DNA of 60,254 nucleotides from Tubiluchus corallicola (taxonomy: Eukaryota > Animalia > Priapulida): the NCBI GenBank assembly GCA_030141605.1, contig JAQGDQ010001132.1:1-60254 (forward strand), in the 5' to 3' direction. Position numbers and translations under genes: made by a program. How positions within the stretch are numbered: position 1 is the stretch's first letter; every line of letters starts with the position of its first letter. The notes beneath the pieces were generated by a model. The model was not told where the DNA came from, made no database searches, and saw only the letters and a program-made list of their open reading frames with translations. Positions 1-35,500 of this stretch are shown one piece after another.

Positions 1-27
1 TTGGATGGGTATAATAGCACCGAGACA

Positions 28-28
<1 letters not shown>

Positions 29-70
<42 letters not shown>

Positions 71-252
71 ACACACACACACACACGCACACACGCACAC
101 ACGCACACACGCACACACGCACACACGCACACACGCACACACGCACACACGCACACACACACACACGCACACACACGCACACACGCACACACGCACACAC
201 GCGCACACGCACACGCACACGCACACGCACACGCACACGCACACGCACACGC

Positions 253-289
<37 letters not shown>
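29..289. repeat. (CA)n / (CACACG)n compound microsatellite
   Basis: Directly visible dinucleotide and hexanucleotide runs; ORFs 1..297 and 5..313 are translations of it. Confidence 0.97.
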
Positions 290-290
<1 letters not shown>

Positions 291-616
291 TGTATAATTG
301 TATATATTGTTGACTAATTGCTGACATTTTAGAATGTAATTCTGCAACACACATTAGCTGCAAGTAAGGCTCAGTGTACGTAAATTAACATGGAAGAACT
401 ATTCTCAGGCCTGCGGGCATCTGGGTGAAAATTTGTTGCCTTGTTAAACGATGCACTGGTTTATTTAACCAAGTTTTCTCAACAATAGATGGCTCTGAAA
501 TGCGGCTGGTTCCGTTATCCAAGGTTTTCTTAAGCCGCAAATACTGCAGTAAATTTTATTACATTTTCATTACAATGCAATGAAAACGGCGTTTTTCTTA
601 ATATTAAAATGTAACG

Positions 617-940
<324 letters not shown>

Positions 941-1510
941 ATTTAGATTTAGATTTAATATTTTATTTCAAACTTTCTCAAAGGTCATATACACATCACA
1001 AATTACTACAAATAATACAATAAATCACGAAACACAACAATAACACAAATAACAATTAACGATATAACAAACTACGCCAATGACATCTATTTACAGAAGT
1101 AAAGTTTACATCACTCTTTAAAAAGTTCTTGCATATAAAATTTTCACTGTTATTCAGCCTGACGTATAAACTGTATGCACATTTTCTGTGAATCACATCA
1201 AAATAAATAATATTAAGTCTAGTAGAAATATATCTTGCGCTCGTATCATATGAAAAGTTAAACAGCTTCCGTGTTGATACATTATATGCAACCTTGAGTT
1301 TGCTAAGATTGTAAGAATAAAAATGTCTCCAAGTGGACATACAATAAAAAGTAGTGCAGTAAGCATTAAACAATTGTCTCTTCGCGTTAACTGAACAGTG
1401 AGTAAATTTCATGAGTAATTTATTTGCTCTACCATAGTAAATTGAACATTGTCGTAATATATCTAAATCATCTCTATTGTCATTGATAAAATATGACCCA
1501 GATATTTTTC
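941..1510 (-). mobile_element. 3' fragment of a non-LTR retrotransposon ORF2 (RTE-X-like, clade tentative)
   Basis: ORF 1056..1412 (RQLFNAYCTTFYCMSTW...KLKVAYN...RL..SEN) resembles LINE ORF2 C-termini; followed on minus strand by AATAAA and an (AAATCT)n tail at ~941-970. Confidence 0.75.
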
Positions 1511-2038
1511 CTTTTTACTAAGTACAAAACTTTTGCACTGCAAAACAACAGACTCAAAAGTAAACTGCTGCATGTGGGCGGAGCGAGACGTGACAAGTTT
1601 AGTCTATTCACATTTACAAGGATATCATATGATGAAAAGAGGTTCTTACCTGCCCTAAGGTTATAAGTTACCCCCATCTAAATGTTTAACACTTCACACC
1701 TGAGAATAAGAAACAGTAACACTACAACATTATGAGTACAAAAACCAGCCAGAAGAAGTGAAACAAATTAATAATAATCTTTTATAGCGATGATTGATTG
1801 TTGAACGTAATTGACCCGTATATAATGTAGCCGACGGTTGCTTGACCCGTAATAATGTATAAAAGTGAAATGCATAGCTTTAATAGCTTTAATTAGAATG
1901 TCTATTGTGTGACTCTTGGTTGAATTTCAATACTTACTATTTACTTCTACTTTCGAATACTTCTTCAAACGTTAATGAATTTGCTTGGAAACTTATGGAT
2001 GCTTAGTGGTAAGTGTATTGATTCGAAGCATATGTTTT

Positions 2039-2361
2039 CGCTCCATTTCATCTTTCATTCACTACTCAAACCCCCCCACCCCCACCCCCCACTTTTATGT
2101 ATATATTATCATTATTTCAATTAAGAACCATTTCTTTAAGATTTCCACGTACTGTTTGGCCTGTCAGGCTATGCTTTTAGGCTCAAACTGTATGCATCAA
2201 AATTATTCCGTAATGTAATTTGCACATGTATATGCTGCATAAGAATCTCTTTTGTAATTTCTGGATAATATTGCATTTATATTTATATTTACTTCAGTGA
2301 AATTATCTGTATTTTTATTATAACTGTTAGATGCAGAGTGAAAATAAATAACTTATAACTT
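2039..2361 (+). mobile_element. 5'-truncated retroposon 3' UTR with 18-bp target-site duplication
   Basis: ATTCGAAGCATATGTTTT at 2021-2038 and 2362-2379 flanks a 323-bp segment ending AATAAA-(ATAACTT)n. Confidence 0.75.
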
Positions 2362-2475
2362 ATTCGAAGCATATGTTTTAACGGTATGTTTATTTTTACG
2401 TATCTTTCATACTAAGTCTTGTAAGACGTGCTCGTAAGAAAAAAATGCCAAAATTTTGAAATTTGATGAAAATTT

Positions 2476-2765
2476 AGGAATTTACGTCGCATAATTTAAT
2501 ACCGATCTTTGTTGGTTCATACAGAGTCTGATTTGCAGGGCGCATTGAGGGTAATTGCCTCGGGCCCCAGAGCTAAGAATTTTCTTTATAAAAAAATTGT
2601 TTATTGCTTCGATGTCACTACAATTACAAACACTTACAACGATTGATTTCAGCATGAGTTATGCTAATGTCAGGAATTTATGTCATGTAATTTAATATCA
2701 AACTTTGCTGGTTCATTTAGAGTCTGATTGGGCCCCCGAGCTAAAAACTTTCTTTATAAATAAAT
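2476..2765. repeat. Degenerate ~100-bp direct duplication (2476-2598 vs 2672-2765)
   Basis: AGGAATTTA...GGTTCAT..AGAGTCTGATT...GGGCCCC..GAGCTAA...TTTCTTTATAAA occurs twice, with a ~28-bp indel. Confidence 0.65.
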
Positions 2766-2899
2766 TCTGCAAAATTATTATATAATATTTAATTTTACCA
2801 AAAAAGCAAAAAAAATTAAATAATGTGTAGTATTGAAGGACTTTAATTTTGTAAAAATTCGATTGTTTCTCCTTCTGTGTACTCATAAATACAGCATTA

Positions 2900-3035
2900 T
2901 TATCATTTTATTGTTGTTGTTGTTGTGTTGGTGTTGTTGTTTGTTTATGTTGTTGTTGTTGTTGTTGTGTTGGTGTTGTTGTTGTTGTTTGTTTATGTTG
3001 TTGTTATTGTTGCTGTTGTTGTTGTTATTATTATC
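2900..3035. repeat. (TTG)n-rich microsatellite
   Basis: Visible imperfect TTG/TTA run. Confidence 0.9.
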
Positions 3036-3282
3036 ACATTGCATTTTACTCGTTCGAAATAGTACTGGTAAGAAGTTTCTATAAAATCACCATAGCTACA
3101 TTTAGTAAGAAATTTCTAATCAAAAGGTGTGTTTTCCAATGAAGATCATGTAATGCATGTGTTACTAGGTACATCGTTTGCCACAATCATTATTGTATCG
3201 ATAATCAATTTGATTCGTTATGATTGTGCTGCATCTTAATTATTATTGCTTACTTTATTGCAGAGCTTTCAAGATAAATTCT

Positions 3283-24380
<21,098 letters not shown>

Positions 24381-24814
24381 ATCAAAGTATCATTGTTGAA
24401 TACAGTAATGCATACATACCAATTTCAGACTTTAAGATTTTAACAATTTGTTTTGGCTTGAGGTACCTCATCAGTATCATCAATTACCTAGAGATCATAT
24501 ATATATAATTAAGAAAATTCTTACCCATTTTTTCCAAGTCTTGCAGTATGATAAGAAACGAAAAAAAACACGAGTACGTTAAAGTTATAATGTTCAGTCA
24601 AATGACAAATTATCATTTACTGCACCATTTCGTGTGACGACAGTTGTAAAAATATTTTTTAAAAGTCTGATGTGTGTGTGTGTGTGTGAGTTTATTGCAT
24701 ATACTCCCCAAAAATATTTTTTACCTACTTCTGCATAAGGCTAATAAAAATGTTATTAATTATTTTGTCATAATATTGTTATTAGAATTTTGAAAAGCAT
24801 AAAAACTGAGTTAC

Positions 24815-25200
24815 GAGTGACGTAATAATGAGTGACATAATAATGGCATTAAGTGACGCAATAACGGTATTGAGTGACGTAGCAATGGCATTGGGTGACG
24901 TAATAATCGCATTGGGTGACGTAGCAATGGAAAAGAGTGATGTAGTAATGTCATTGAGTGACGTAGTAATGGTATTGAGTGACGTAGTAATGGCATTGAG
25001 TGAAGTAATAATGGTATAGAGTGACGTAGCAATGGCAATGAGTGACGTAGTAATGGTATTGAGTGACGTAGTAATGACAATGAGTGACGTAATAATGACA
25101 ATGAGTGACGTATTAATGGCAATGAGTGACGTAGTAATAGTATTGAGTGACGTAGCTATGGCATTAGGTGACGTAATAATGGCAATGAGTGACGTCGTAA
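24815..25200. repeat. 21-bp minisatellite (~18 copies) containing TGACGT
   Basis: Unit GAGTGACGTAGTAATGGCATT. Confidence 0.93.
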
Positions 25201-25911
25201 CGAGACTGCAAACCTATCCTACAATTAACGGTTACTGTAGTAACTGATATTTACAAAAAACAAAGAGCAATATTCGATGTTCCAAAATTTTTCAACTGCT
25301 TGTAATCATGTTTATATATATTTAATTTAGTTCTTAATGTTTTTGCATTGTGAACTTTGCATAAATTTTATAATTTTCTAAATATTTGTATATAATTTAG
25401 TTTTTACATGTATATTAGTTTGGTTGTGTAGGCCTATAATAATGACACGTTTGCTTTTTCTAAACTGGTTACATACAAATTTTTATGTAAATATAATTTT
25501 AATTTCACGTTTACATTGTATGTAACATTTTAGCAATAAAGAATACCAATAATAGTAAATAATTGCTAAAGTACGTCGTATTATTGTTAAATAGAGCAGT
25601 TATTACAATAAGAACGTATACTAATAATTACTGTAAGTAATCTCAATTGTCATGCAAAGTACAGTACACACCTCACAAGTTAAGTTATTTATTTTGTTTA
25701 TTTAGATGATGCAGAATTGTTAAAATTATGTTAACAATTTGTTGGTATTTTTAATTTGTAAAGTAAAGAACAAGAATGACTTTACAATGTATTGTAAAAT
25801 AAACAGTCATATTGGATTGCAAATTAACGTAGTCTACTGTACGTCTTGACTGAAGCAACTCTCAACTTTCACAAGCACAAAAAATCATTTCAACGTAAAC
25901 GGTCAGATATA

Positions 25912-26105
25912 AACAGACAGACAGACAGACAGACCAACAGACAGACATACATACATACAATACATACATACATACATACATACAACAATACATACATACA
26001 TACATACATACAACAATACATACATACGGTCGGATGGACGGACGGACGGACGGACATACATGCATGCATGCATGCATGCATGCAGACAGACAGACAGACA
26101 GACAG

Positions 26106-26169
<64 letters not shown>

Positions 26170-26196
26170 TCAGACAGACAGACAGACAGATAGACA
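25912..26196. repeat. (GACA)/(CATA)/(GACG)/(CATG) compound tetranucleotide microsatellite
   Basis: Directly visible. Confidence 0.95.
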
Positions 26197-26597
26197 AATA
26201 AAACCGTTATTTGCTAATTAAAAAGATTGTTAATTAAAAGCGTTAGTTTGTCCACGTCTCCAAACGTCCAATCACACTTCTGCTTTGCTCCTGCTGACTT
26301 CTCTGCTTTTGCCAGGCTCTGTACAAACTGTGAAATCAAAACAGTCCAGGGTCCAAGGATTTGGTTTTCAAGGACAGTGTTGTTGGCCTGACCAGCTTTG
26401 GATCTATAGTATCTTACCACTGAGAAATGCAAGCTACCTATTACCTGCCGTTGTATATGCATATTTTGATTTAAACATCCACACTGAAGCAGAATTTACA
26501 GCGGGTTTGAATATTATGCTATCAAGTTTAATTCAACGAGTACAGTGCCAGCGCTAGGAATTATTCGAAGTCTAGAATAATCGTTTCGTGAAAATTA

Positions 26598-29500
26598 ATG
26601 ATGTCAAACGACGATCTTCCCAGCCCTAGAGTGCGATACGAGGACATTATTTTAAGCAGTTACATGGTGCCTCATATGCCAGCAGTGAGAAGCCTCAAAC
26701 TCAGAGAAGATGACGTAATAATTGTGACGTTTCCAAGATCGGGTAAGTGTTGATCACATGCTGCAAGTTAACGAATATCTAATACGCATATATATATATA
26801 TACATATGTATAATAATCTTTAACTGCCATAAAAAATGGATATTCATAACTATAAAAGCATAAAAGAACATCGCATCATGAGAATAAAATTCACAAAACT
26901 GTTGAAGGCAAATGCGTCCAGTGCAAACTAAAAACTACTGTGCCAAAAATTTAATATAACAAAATATACATTATAATGTTACACGGAAATTATAATAGAC
27001 TATATAAAATATATATATATAATTTAAAATGGACGTGGGTAAATAAAATTTGCGGATGAATATATATTATCGTTTACGTATGTAGGGTTTTCAAAACGAT
27101 TTAAGGTATGTATTTTTAATTTTGATTTGAATTCATCGAAAGACTTGATTTGTTTTAAATTTGATGGCAGGGTATTCCAAAGTTGAACTCCTTGTTTAGT
27201 GATAGAATTGTTGCCGTATTTGTTATTAGTGCTTGCATACTAATGGTATATATAGTCCATGCATATGTGTGTTCGTATATATAACATGTACATATAACTA
27301 TAAATATATATATATATATATATAGGGTTGCCAGATGTCCCTTATATTTAGATATTTACTTATAAGTGATAGTATATGTGTTATTATTATTATATGTGCT
27401 CCTGTTGTGACCTGGCAATACTTCGCCCAAGAGTTCATGCATTAAGCTTTACTTGACAAACTTTTCAGTACCTAGCTAAATCAAACTTGATATCATTCTA
27501 ATTTACGATCCAAAATATGCATTTTCTTGTCTATAAAAGTTAGCACTTGTTCCTTATATTTGAATAATTAGCTTTGAAACTTAATTAACGACAACCGAAC
27601 ACAACTACTGCTTACGTCAGAAACTAACCACAGTTTGTGCAATGGCAGGCGTCTTCCCATGCGCATCAAGCACATTTGGATAGGTCATAGAGTAATGTTT
27701 AAACGCATGATGTCACGAATAACGGCCTTTACATCATATGACGTCAGGAACTAACCCTGCAGTTCATGATCATGCTTATCACGGTACCACCTTCTATTTG
27801 TCGGCCACGCGAACGTGACAAAAAGGCGCCGTTGCCAATCTTAGTAGATTCACTGAGCCGCGCCGTAGCTTTGAAAGTTTACCGAAATTTGAGTATCCGA
27901 GGTAATTATTATTTAATCTAAGCTTTGATTTAAAATAAGCTATTGTAGTTTTCAATATTTTAGAGCATTCTTTATTCTGCACTCGTGTTTACACAATCAT
28001 CCGGTTTTCCTTTAAGGTACAACGTGGATGCAAGCCATTGTCTGGCTAATCATGAATGATTGTGACACAACATTCTATGGAGGCAAGTCAATTACAAGCT
28101 TGGTACCAATGTTGGAGTTCCCGCTCAATTTTTACGAAGACAAAATGGATGACATGCTCAGAGGTGAAGTGCCAATGTTTGACTGGGACTCACTCAAATC
28201 ACCTCGATTGTTTAAAACGCACATACCTCTACATTTGCTACCGGAAGACTTGCAAAGTAGAAAAGTGACCCCAAAGGTTTGTAGCATGAAAGCCGTCAGC
28301 GTAATCAGACACATTGTTACAGCAGCAGTATTATTATAATTTCATTACTATTACAAAAACAATATAATTAAGGGAACAATATAATTAGAGGAACAATATG
28401 TTTACAGGAACAATATAATTACAGGAACAATATAATTTCAGGAACAATATAATTATAGGAACAATATATTTACAGGAACAATATAATTATAGGAACAATA
28501 TAATTATAGGAACAATATAATTACAGGAACAATATATTTACAGGAACAATATAATTACAGGAACAATATAATTACAGGAACAGTCTGCAATGGTCTATCT
28601 GTTTCTGACTTGTAATCTATCTGTAGTGTGTATTAAGACCGGACGATTGATTAGACTCAATCTTATTTTAATTTACTGTCCAAAATATAAATTTTCTTGC
28701 CTATAAAAGTTAACAATTGTTTTTTATATTTTAATATTTAGCTTAGAAAGTTAATTAATGGCAACCGAACACAGCCATTGCTTACGCCAGAAACTAGCCA
28801 CAGTTTGTGCAATGGCAGGCGTCAAGCACGTTTGCGCAAGTGTTACTGCTTAAACGCGTGATGTCACGAACTTGGGGTTCTACGTCATATGACGTCAGAA
28901 ACTAACACCGCAGTTCAATAACATGGTTATCACTATACCGCCTTTTATTTGTCGGTCACGCGAATGCGACAAAAAGTCTGCCAATTTTTTTAGGCCAATC
29001 TTAGTAGATTGAAAAGCTTTAAAAGTTTATCAAAATTTGAGTAACTGAGGTAATTATTATTTAAACTAAACTTTGACCGAAAAAAAGCTGTTGCAGTTTT
29101 CAATATTTTAGAGCATTTTTCATTCTGAACTAATGATTACACAATCGTCCGGTTTTCTTTTAAGTCTGTTGGTACAGGTGAAAATGTTATCAATATAAAA
29201 CAACCTAAATTTCAACTATCTCTGCTATTTGCAGATGATATGTATAACAAGGAATCCCAAGGACGTCGTGGTTTCGTTCTTTCATTTCTTGAGGAACATA
29301 AAGTATCCCTCGTTTCTGAAGAATGGCTATGATGACTACACGTTTGATCAGTTCTTCCACGACTTCTTCATTGCTGAGAATTGTTAGTTTGCTACCAGAA
29401 AAGAACTCTAGTTTATTGTCTATACTTAGCTGTGCAAGACATGCAGGAAAGCTGACGGACGCCATAATTATATATTTTCAAGAAGTAACCCCTTTAAATT

Positions 29501-32500
29501 CTTATTTGCGTAATAATTATTAGAAACATAAGCCTTTGAACAAAATATGTCACATAAACAGGGTCGACTCTAGGTAGTTTGACATCCTAGGCAAAAGCAG
29601 TTTATGCACGTCCTACTCAACGATCAGGGTCACCTATGGGTCACCCATCCAAGTAAAAACCAGGCTCTACGTTGCTTAACTTCGGTGACCAGACGAGAAC
29701 AGGTGTTTTCAACGTGATATGGCGGTTTTCTTGTATAATGTTGCAGTGAGTTATAGTGGTACCATATTATAGTGTGCCTGGTTAGTACTTGGATGGGTGA
29801 CCGCCTAGGTATACCAGGTGCTGTAGGCTTGCGGGATGCCCACACTGTATCTCGACACTAGGCAGAGGAGCTGCATAAGCAGCCAACGGCTAGAGGGCGG
29901 AGGAGGTCAAGTAACCCAACGGCCATGTGTAGAGGAGCGAACCTTCCACATCAGTGGAGTGGAGCCCCGAAGGCGGACCAGTGCAGCATGCTCACTGACT
30001 CCGGCACCTCCTGCAGCCAACCTGGAGCCAAACGTATCGCTCCGCTTTCCTTTGGACTACACCAAGGAGGAAAAGAGGGGTTCCTGTTGTCTGGGCAACT
30101 CGAAGTGATAAAGCTTATTCAGCTGGTTCACGTTATTACATTTTACTCAATATATTGATGCTGAAGCCAAATATTTAATTTCCTCGCAGACCTGCAGTAG
30201 TTTATGCCGGATTCATAACCAACAAAGTAGTGCATGGTCCATTTCGCCGTGAGTTTTCACCCTAAATTAAAATATTTTCTGTTCCACTGAGCATAGAATG
30301 TTGTTATTGCTTGAGTTAATGCTTTCTATAGCTAAAAATATTTTTTCTAGGTCAATACGGTTCTTACTGGAAGCATAACAAAGAGTTTTGGGAAATCCGT
30401 CATTGGGATAATGTCTTGTATTTACACTTTGAAACAATGCTAAAAGTAAATGGTTGAATTATTATTACAATTTTAAATCGAAGGAATATTTCTTTAGTAA
30501 AAAAATCAATTTTTGTAAACAATATAAGTATTCTTATGCTTAAGAAATTTAATGCTGTTCTAGCATCATGCAAGATCGCTGGCGCCATCTATTGGCGAAA
30601 CGGAAATCTTTTGGGCTGATGTTTCAACGTTTTATAATTTTTTCAGGATTTGAGAAGCCAGGTGAAAACTGTTGGAGAATTTTTGGGAAAAAAGTTGACA
30701 GAACATCAAATCGACACCATCATTGAAAAAACCACATTTTGTAAAATGAAAAGTGACACCCCAAGCTTAACGCATATTGAAAGAGGCGACTTTGCAATGT
30801 CAATGATGAGAAGAGGTGGGCTTCAAATTCTAATCATTTTTATGTTTTGCGACTTCGTTTTACGTATAAACAACTAGCCAATTAAAAACGTCTGATGATG
30901 TTTGTTTATTCACAGAGTGCCTTTTGCTAGTAAAATTTAACATGTAAGTGAAATAAGGTATTATTTCGTGTCGAACATTAAAGGAAAACCGGATCAAATC
31001 TTAAACAGTAGATCAAGACAACCCACTCTCCAAAATATTGAAAGGGAACAATGTATTTTTTAAAGAATGACTTACGTGAAATAAGCAGCTGATTTAGTAG
31101 AACCATTACAGTAATTTGGACATATTTTACATTTGAAATAAGCAGCTGAAGTAGTAAAACCATTACAGTAATTTGGACATATTTTACATTTGAAATAAGC
31201 AGCTGAAGTAGTAAAACCGTTACAGTAATTTGGACATATTTTACATTGGAAATAAGCAGCTGACGTAGTAGAACCGTTACAGTAATTTGGACATATTTTA
31301 CATTGGAAATAAGTAGCTGAAGTAGTAGAACCGTTACAGTAATTTGGACATATCTTACATTGGAAATAAGTAGCTGACGTGGTAGAACCGTTACAGTAAT
31401 TTGGACATATTTTACATTGGAAATAAGCAGCTGAAGTAGTAGAACCGTTACAGTAATTTGGACATATTTTACATTGGGAATAAGCAGCTGAAGTAGTAAA
31501 ACCGTTACAGTAATTTGGACATATTTTACATTGTAAATAAGCAGCTGAAGTGGTAGAACCGTTACAGTAATTTGGACATATTTTACATTGGAAATAAGCA
31601 GCTGAAGTGTGGCGAGTTTAATTCCAGTAAGGAAGATTGGTGTAACTACCAGCAGCGGTTAGAAGCGTGGATGAGAGCGAATAGTATTAATGACCAACAG
31701 AAGGTAGATGTTTTCTTGTCATTAATTGGTCCGGAAGCGTTTAGCTTAGTGTCCTCTCTTGTAACGCCAGATCCGGTGAATACGAAAACTTATGTGGAAC
31801 TGACAAATAAATTATCGGATTATTATAAACCACGCCGTAATAAGATAGCCGAGAGACTAAGGCTCCGTGACAGAAAACAGCGTGAAGGTGAATCCATTGC
31901 GGAATATATTGTAGAGCTACAGAAATGCAGTAAATATTGCGAATTTTCAGCTCAAGAGCTGTCTGACAACTTGCGTGACACTTTTGTGTGTGGGCTTCGT
32001 GCTGGATTAATACAAAAGAAATTATTGGAAAGCTCTGATTTAACGTGGAATACAGCTCGGGCGATAGCATTAAATATGGAGGCAGCTACACGAGACACAA
32101 GTACACTTTCTGGCAGCGGATATGGTTCATCCGAGGTAAACTACACTGGAAGAGGTAAAAATTTGAGAAGGAAATTGGTAAAACCTAGTTACCCGATGAC
32201 TGTAAATAAACTGCATGTTTCAAGTAAATGTGGTCGGTGTTTGGGTGCGCATGAGGCATGGAGATGTCAGTTTAGGAATGCCAAATGTTATAAATGTTCA
32301 AAAATTGGGCATATCGCAAAGGTATGTAGAAGTGGACGTGGTTCTGGACGTGGAAGTGGACGTGGACTACCTGGAAATACCAATAGTGTTAATCCAGACA
32401 GTGATTGTGCTGACGTGGTTCAAATTAGTTCCTTGTATAATCTTGGTACAGCAAAAAGTGCTACTACAAATGAGTACCAAGTGAGTGTCATTGTGAACAG

Positions 32501-35500
32501 GAAGCCAGTTTTGTTTACAGTAGATACTGGAGCTATGGTATCAGTTGTATCAGAAACTGAGTATCAGGAAAAATTTTCTATTCTGCCTTTGCAACGCACT
32601 AATTTAAAACTTCGTAGTTACTGTGGTAATGAAGTACCGGTGTTAGGTCAAATACATGTTAGTGTGTGCTATGCAGGTCAGCAAGTGACCCTTCCACTTG
32701 TTGTGGTTAAAGGTGATCGTGTTCCGTTGTTGGGACGAAACTGGTTGCAGCATCTTAAGCTAAATTGGTCTGAAATTTTTAACGTATATAAGCCTACATG
32801 TGGTGCCACAGTTGATAGTGTGATGGAAAAACACAAGTCAGTTTTTCAGTCATGTAGTAAACCGATTGAAAGCTACAAAGCACACATTGAGCTTAAACAA
32901 GGTGCAAGACCTATATTTTGGAGACCACGACCAGTACCGTATGCTCTTAAGGATGCTGTGGATGAGGAGTTAACCCGGTTAGAAAATAATGGTATTATAA
33001 AGAAAGTGGAAAATAGCAAATGGGCTGCTCCAATAGTGGTTGTCCCCAAAAAGAAAACTGGGAAGGTCAGGATTTGTGGTGATTATAAGGTTACAGTAAA
33101 TCAGGTGGTGGAAGACGAACCGCATGATTTTCCGATAACAGCTGATATGTTTGCGACCCTATCAGGTGGTAAAATTTTTACCAAGTTGGATTTAAAAAAT
33201 GCGTATCAACAGCTAGAACTAGATGAAGAGTCTAAAGAATTACTGACTGTGAACACTCATCGAGGCCTTTACCAGTATCAACGTCTTGCTTTTGGTGTGA
33301 AAACTGCGCCAGCAATTTTCCAGAAAATGATGGATAAAATTTTGTGTGGTGTTGAGCATACATGTTGTAAAATAGATGATATTTTAATTAGTGCACGTGA
33401 TGACAAGGAGCATGTTAAATTGCTAGATAATGTACTTACTAGATTAGCTAACCATAATATACATCTAGGCAGAGATAAATGTTATGTAGGTGTTCAAAGT
33501 ATTGAATTTTTAGGTCATATGATTGAGCCAGCTGGAGTTAGACCTACCGAAGAAAAGGTAGAAGCCATTATTAAAGCTAAAACTCCCAGAAATGTTTCTG
33601 AGCTTAGATCATTCTTAGGTATTGTAAATTACTACTCACATTTCTTGCCTGATTTATCAACTACCTTTGCTCCTTTGTACCAGTTGTTGCAAAAAGGTGT
33701 TCCATGGAAATGGTCATCAGAGTGTGACAGTGCACTAGGTAAAGTTAAACAGTGCTTAACTAGTGATTCATTGCTAGTGCACTATGATTTAAAGAAGCCA
33801 CTCACCTTGGCATGTGATGCTTCACCATTTGGTGTTGGTTGTGTCATATCGCACATCATGGAAAATGGCGAAGAACGTCCGATTGCTTATGCGTCTAGAA
33901 CCTTGACAGCTGCAGAGAAGGGTTACAGTCAGATTGAAAAGGAGGCACTTGGCATAGTGTATGGTGTTCAGAAGTTTCACAAATATTTGTATGGGCGGCA
34001 TTTTACATTGTATACCGATCATAAGCCTTTGACTGCCATCTTTGGGCCAAAAACAGCTGTGCCTACTCTTGCTGCGTTAAGACTACAGCGTTGGTCTTTA
34101 ATTCTTATGGGCTATGAATATGACATCCGTTACAGGAAGTCAAGTGAGCATGAAAATGCTGATACCTTGTCTACGTTTCCATTATCTGGTTGTACTTTAG
34201 CAACTGAGTTGGATGTTAATTATTTTTCTTATGTAAATGATTTGCCAGTTACAGCAAAGAGTATCAGTGAAGAATCTCGTAAAGATCCTGTTTTGTCTAG
34301 AGTATGGTATCATGTCATGAACGGTTGGCCGGCTCAGGTAGATCAAAATAGTCCTTTAATGCCTTATTTTCTTAGACGCCATGAGTTGTCTAATGACAAT
34401 GGTTGTCTTCTTTGGGGGTTACGTGTCATTATACCACCCCATTTCCAGTCTCAACTACTTGACGAATTGCACCGTGAGCATTTTGGAATGGTACGTATGA
34501 AAGCTTTAGCTCGTTCTTATTTTTGGTATCCTGGCTTAGATGCTGATATCGAAAATTTAGTAAAAGGCTGTAGTGTATGCCTTAGTGTTAGAAATAATCC
34601 AGTGCGTGCACCAGTAATTCCTTGGAAATTTCCGTCTGTGGGAGAGAGTGCACATTGATTTCTTTGAGATTGATGGGAAGCATTTCCTTATCTTGGTTGA
34701 TGCCTATTCTAAATGGTTAGAGATACAGTATATGCCATCTACAACTTCTACGAGAACAATCGAAGTACTTGGTACTTGGTTTGCTTCTTTTGGGCTACCT
34801 GTTGAATTAGTATCTGACAATGGGCCTCAACTGGTATCTGAAGAGTTTGAGAACTTCTTGAAATCAAATGGTGTAAAATATTCTGTTTCTCCTATTTACC
34901 ATGCACAGAGTAATGGTGCTGCTGAACGTAATGTTCAAACTGCAAAATTAGCTTTAACTAAATGCATGATGGAAGCTAAGAATATACCTTACATGACTAT
35001 TTGTAAAATGCTGAATAACTTTTTACTTACTTATAGGAATACTCCACATAGTACAACTGGACGTAGTCCAGCAGAACTTATGTTGCAGAGAATGCCTAGA
35101 ATTAGATTTAGTATGTTAAAGCCAGATTTAAGAGAGGAAGTGGTTAGTAAGCAGGAGAAAACAGTTGATCATGATAAAACTGTTCGTGAATTCTCTGTAG
35201 GTGAGACAGTTAGGGTGAGGAATCACCGTGGAGGTGTGCTTAAGTGGGACATTGGCAAAGTTCTAAAGAGAATTGGTATTGTTAGGTACAGAGTTAAGAT
35301 TGGTTATCAGGTTAAGCATATACATGTAAATCATATGCTGAAAAGTGGAGAATTCGTTAAGGATGATGATTGTGTAAAATTGGATGGGTCTACAGATGAT
35401 GTAATCGAAGTTCCAGTTACTCAGCCTGTGGCTGAATCTGAAACATTGCCTGTAAAAGATTCAAGTTCCATTGCTGAATCAGTTAAAAATTATGATGATG

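Noticed and set aside
1650-1699. 50-nt exon-like segment on minus strand (TTCTCAG|...|GTAAG)
   Set aside because: No partner exons or recognisable product in the window.
29636-29830. Functional 5S rRNA gene
   Set aside because: Both pieces are partial, on opposite strands and lack a terminator; the 40062-40170 copy is also degenerate.
31572-31609. Minisatellite-derived N-terminus for Gypsy gag
   Set aside because: The ORF-track start is TTG, not ATG; the in-frame fusion is coincidental.
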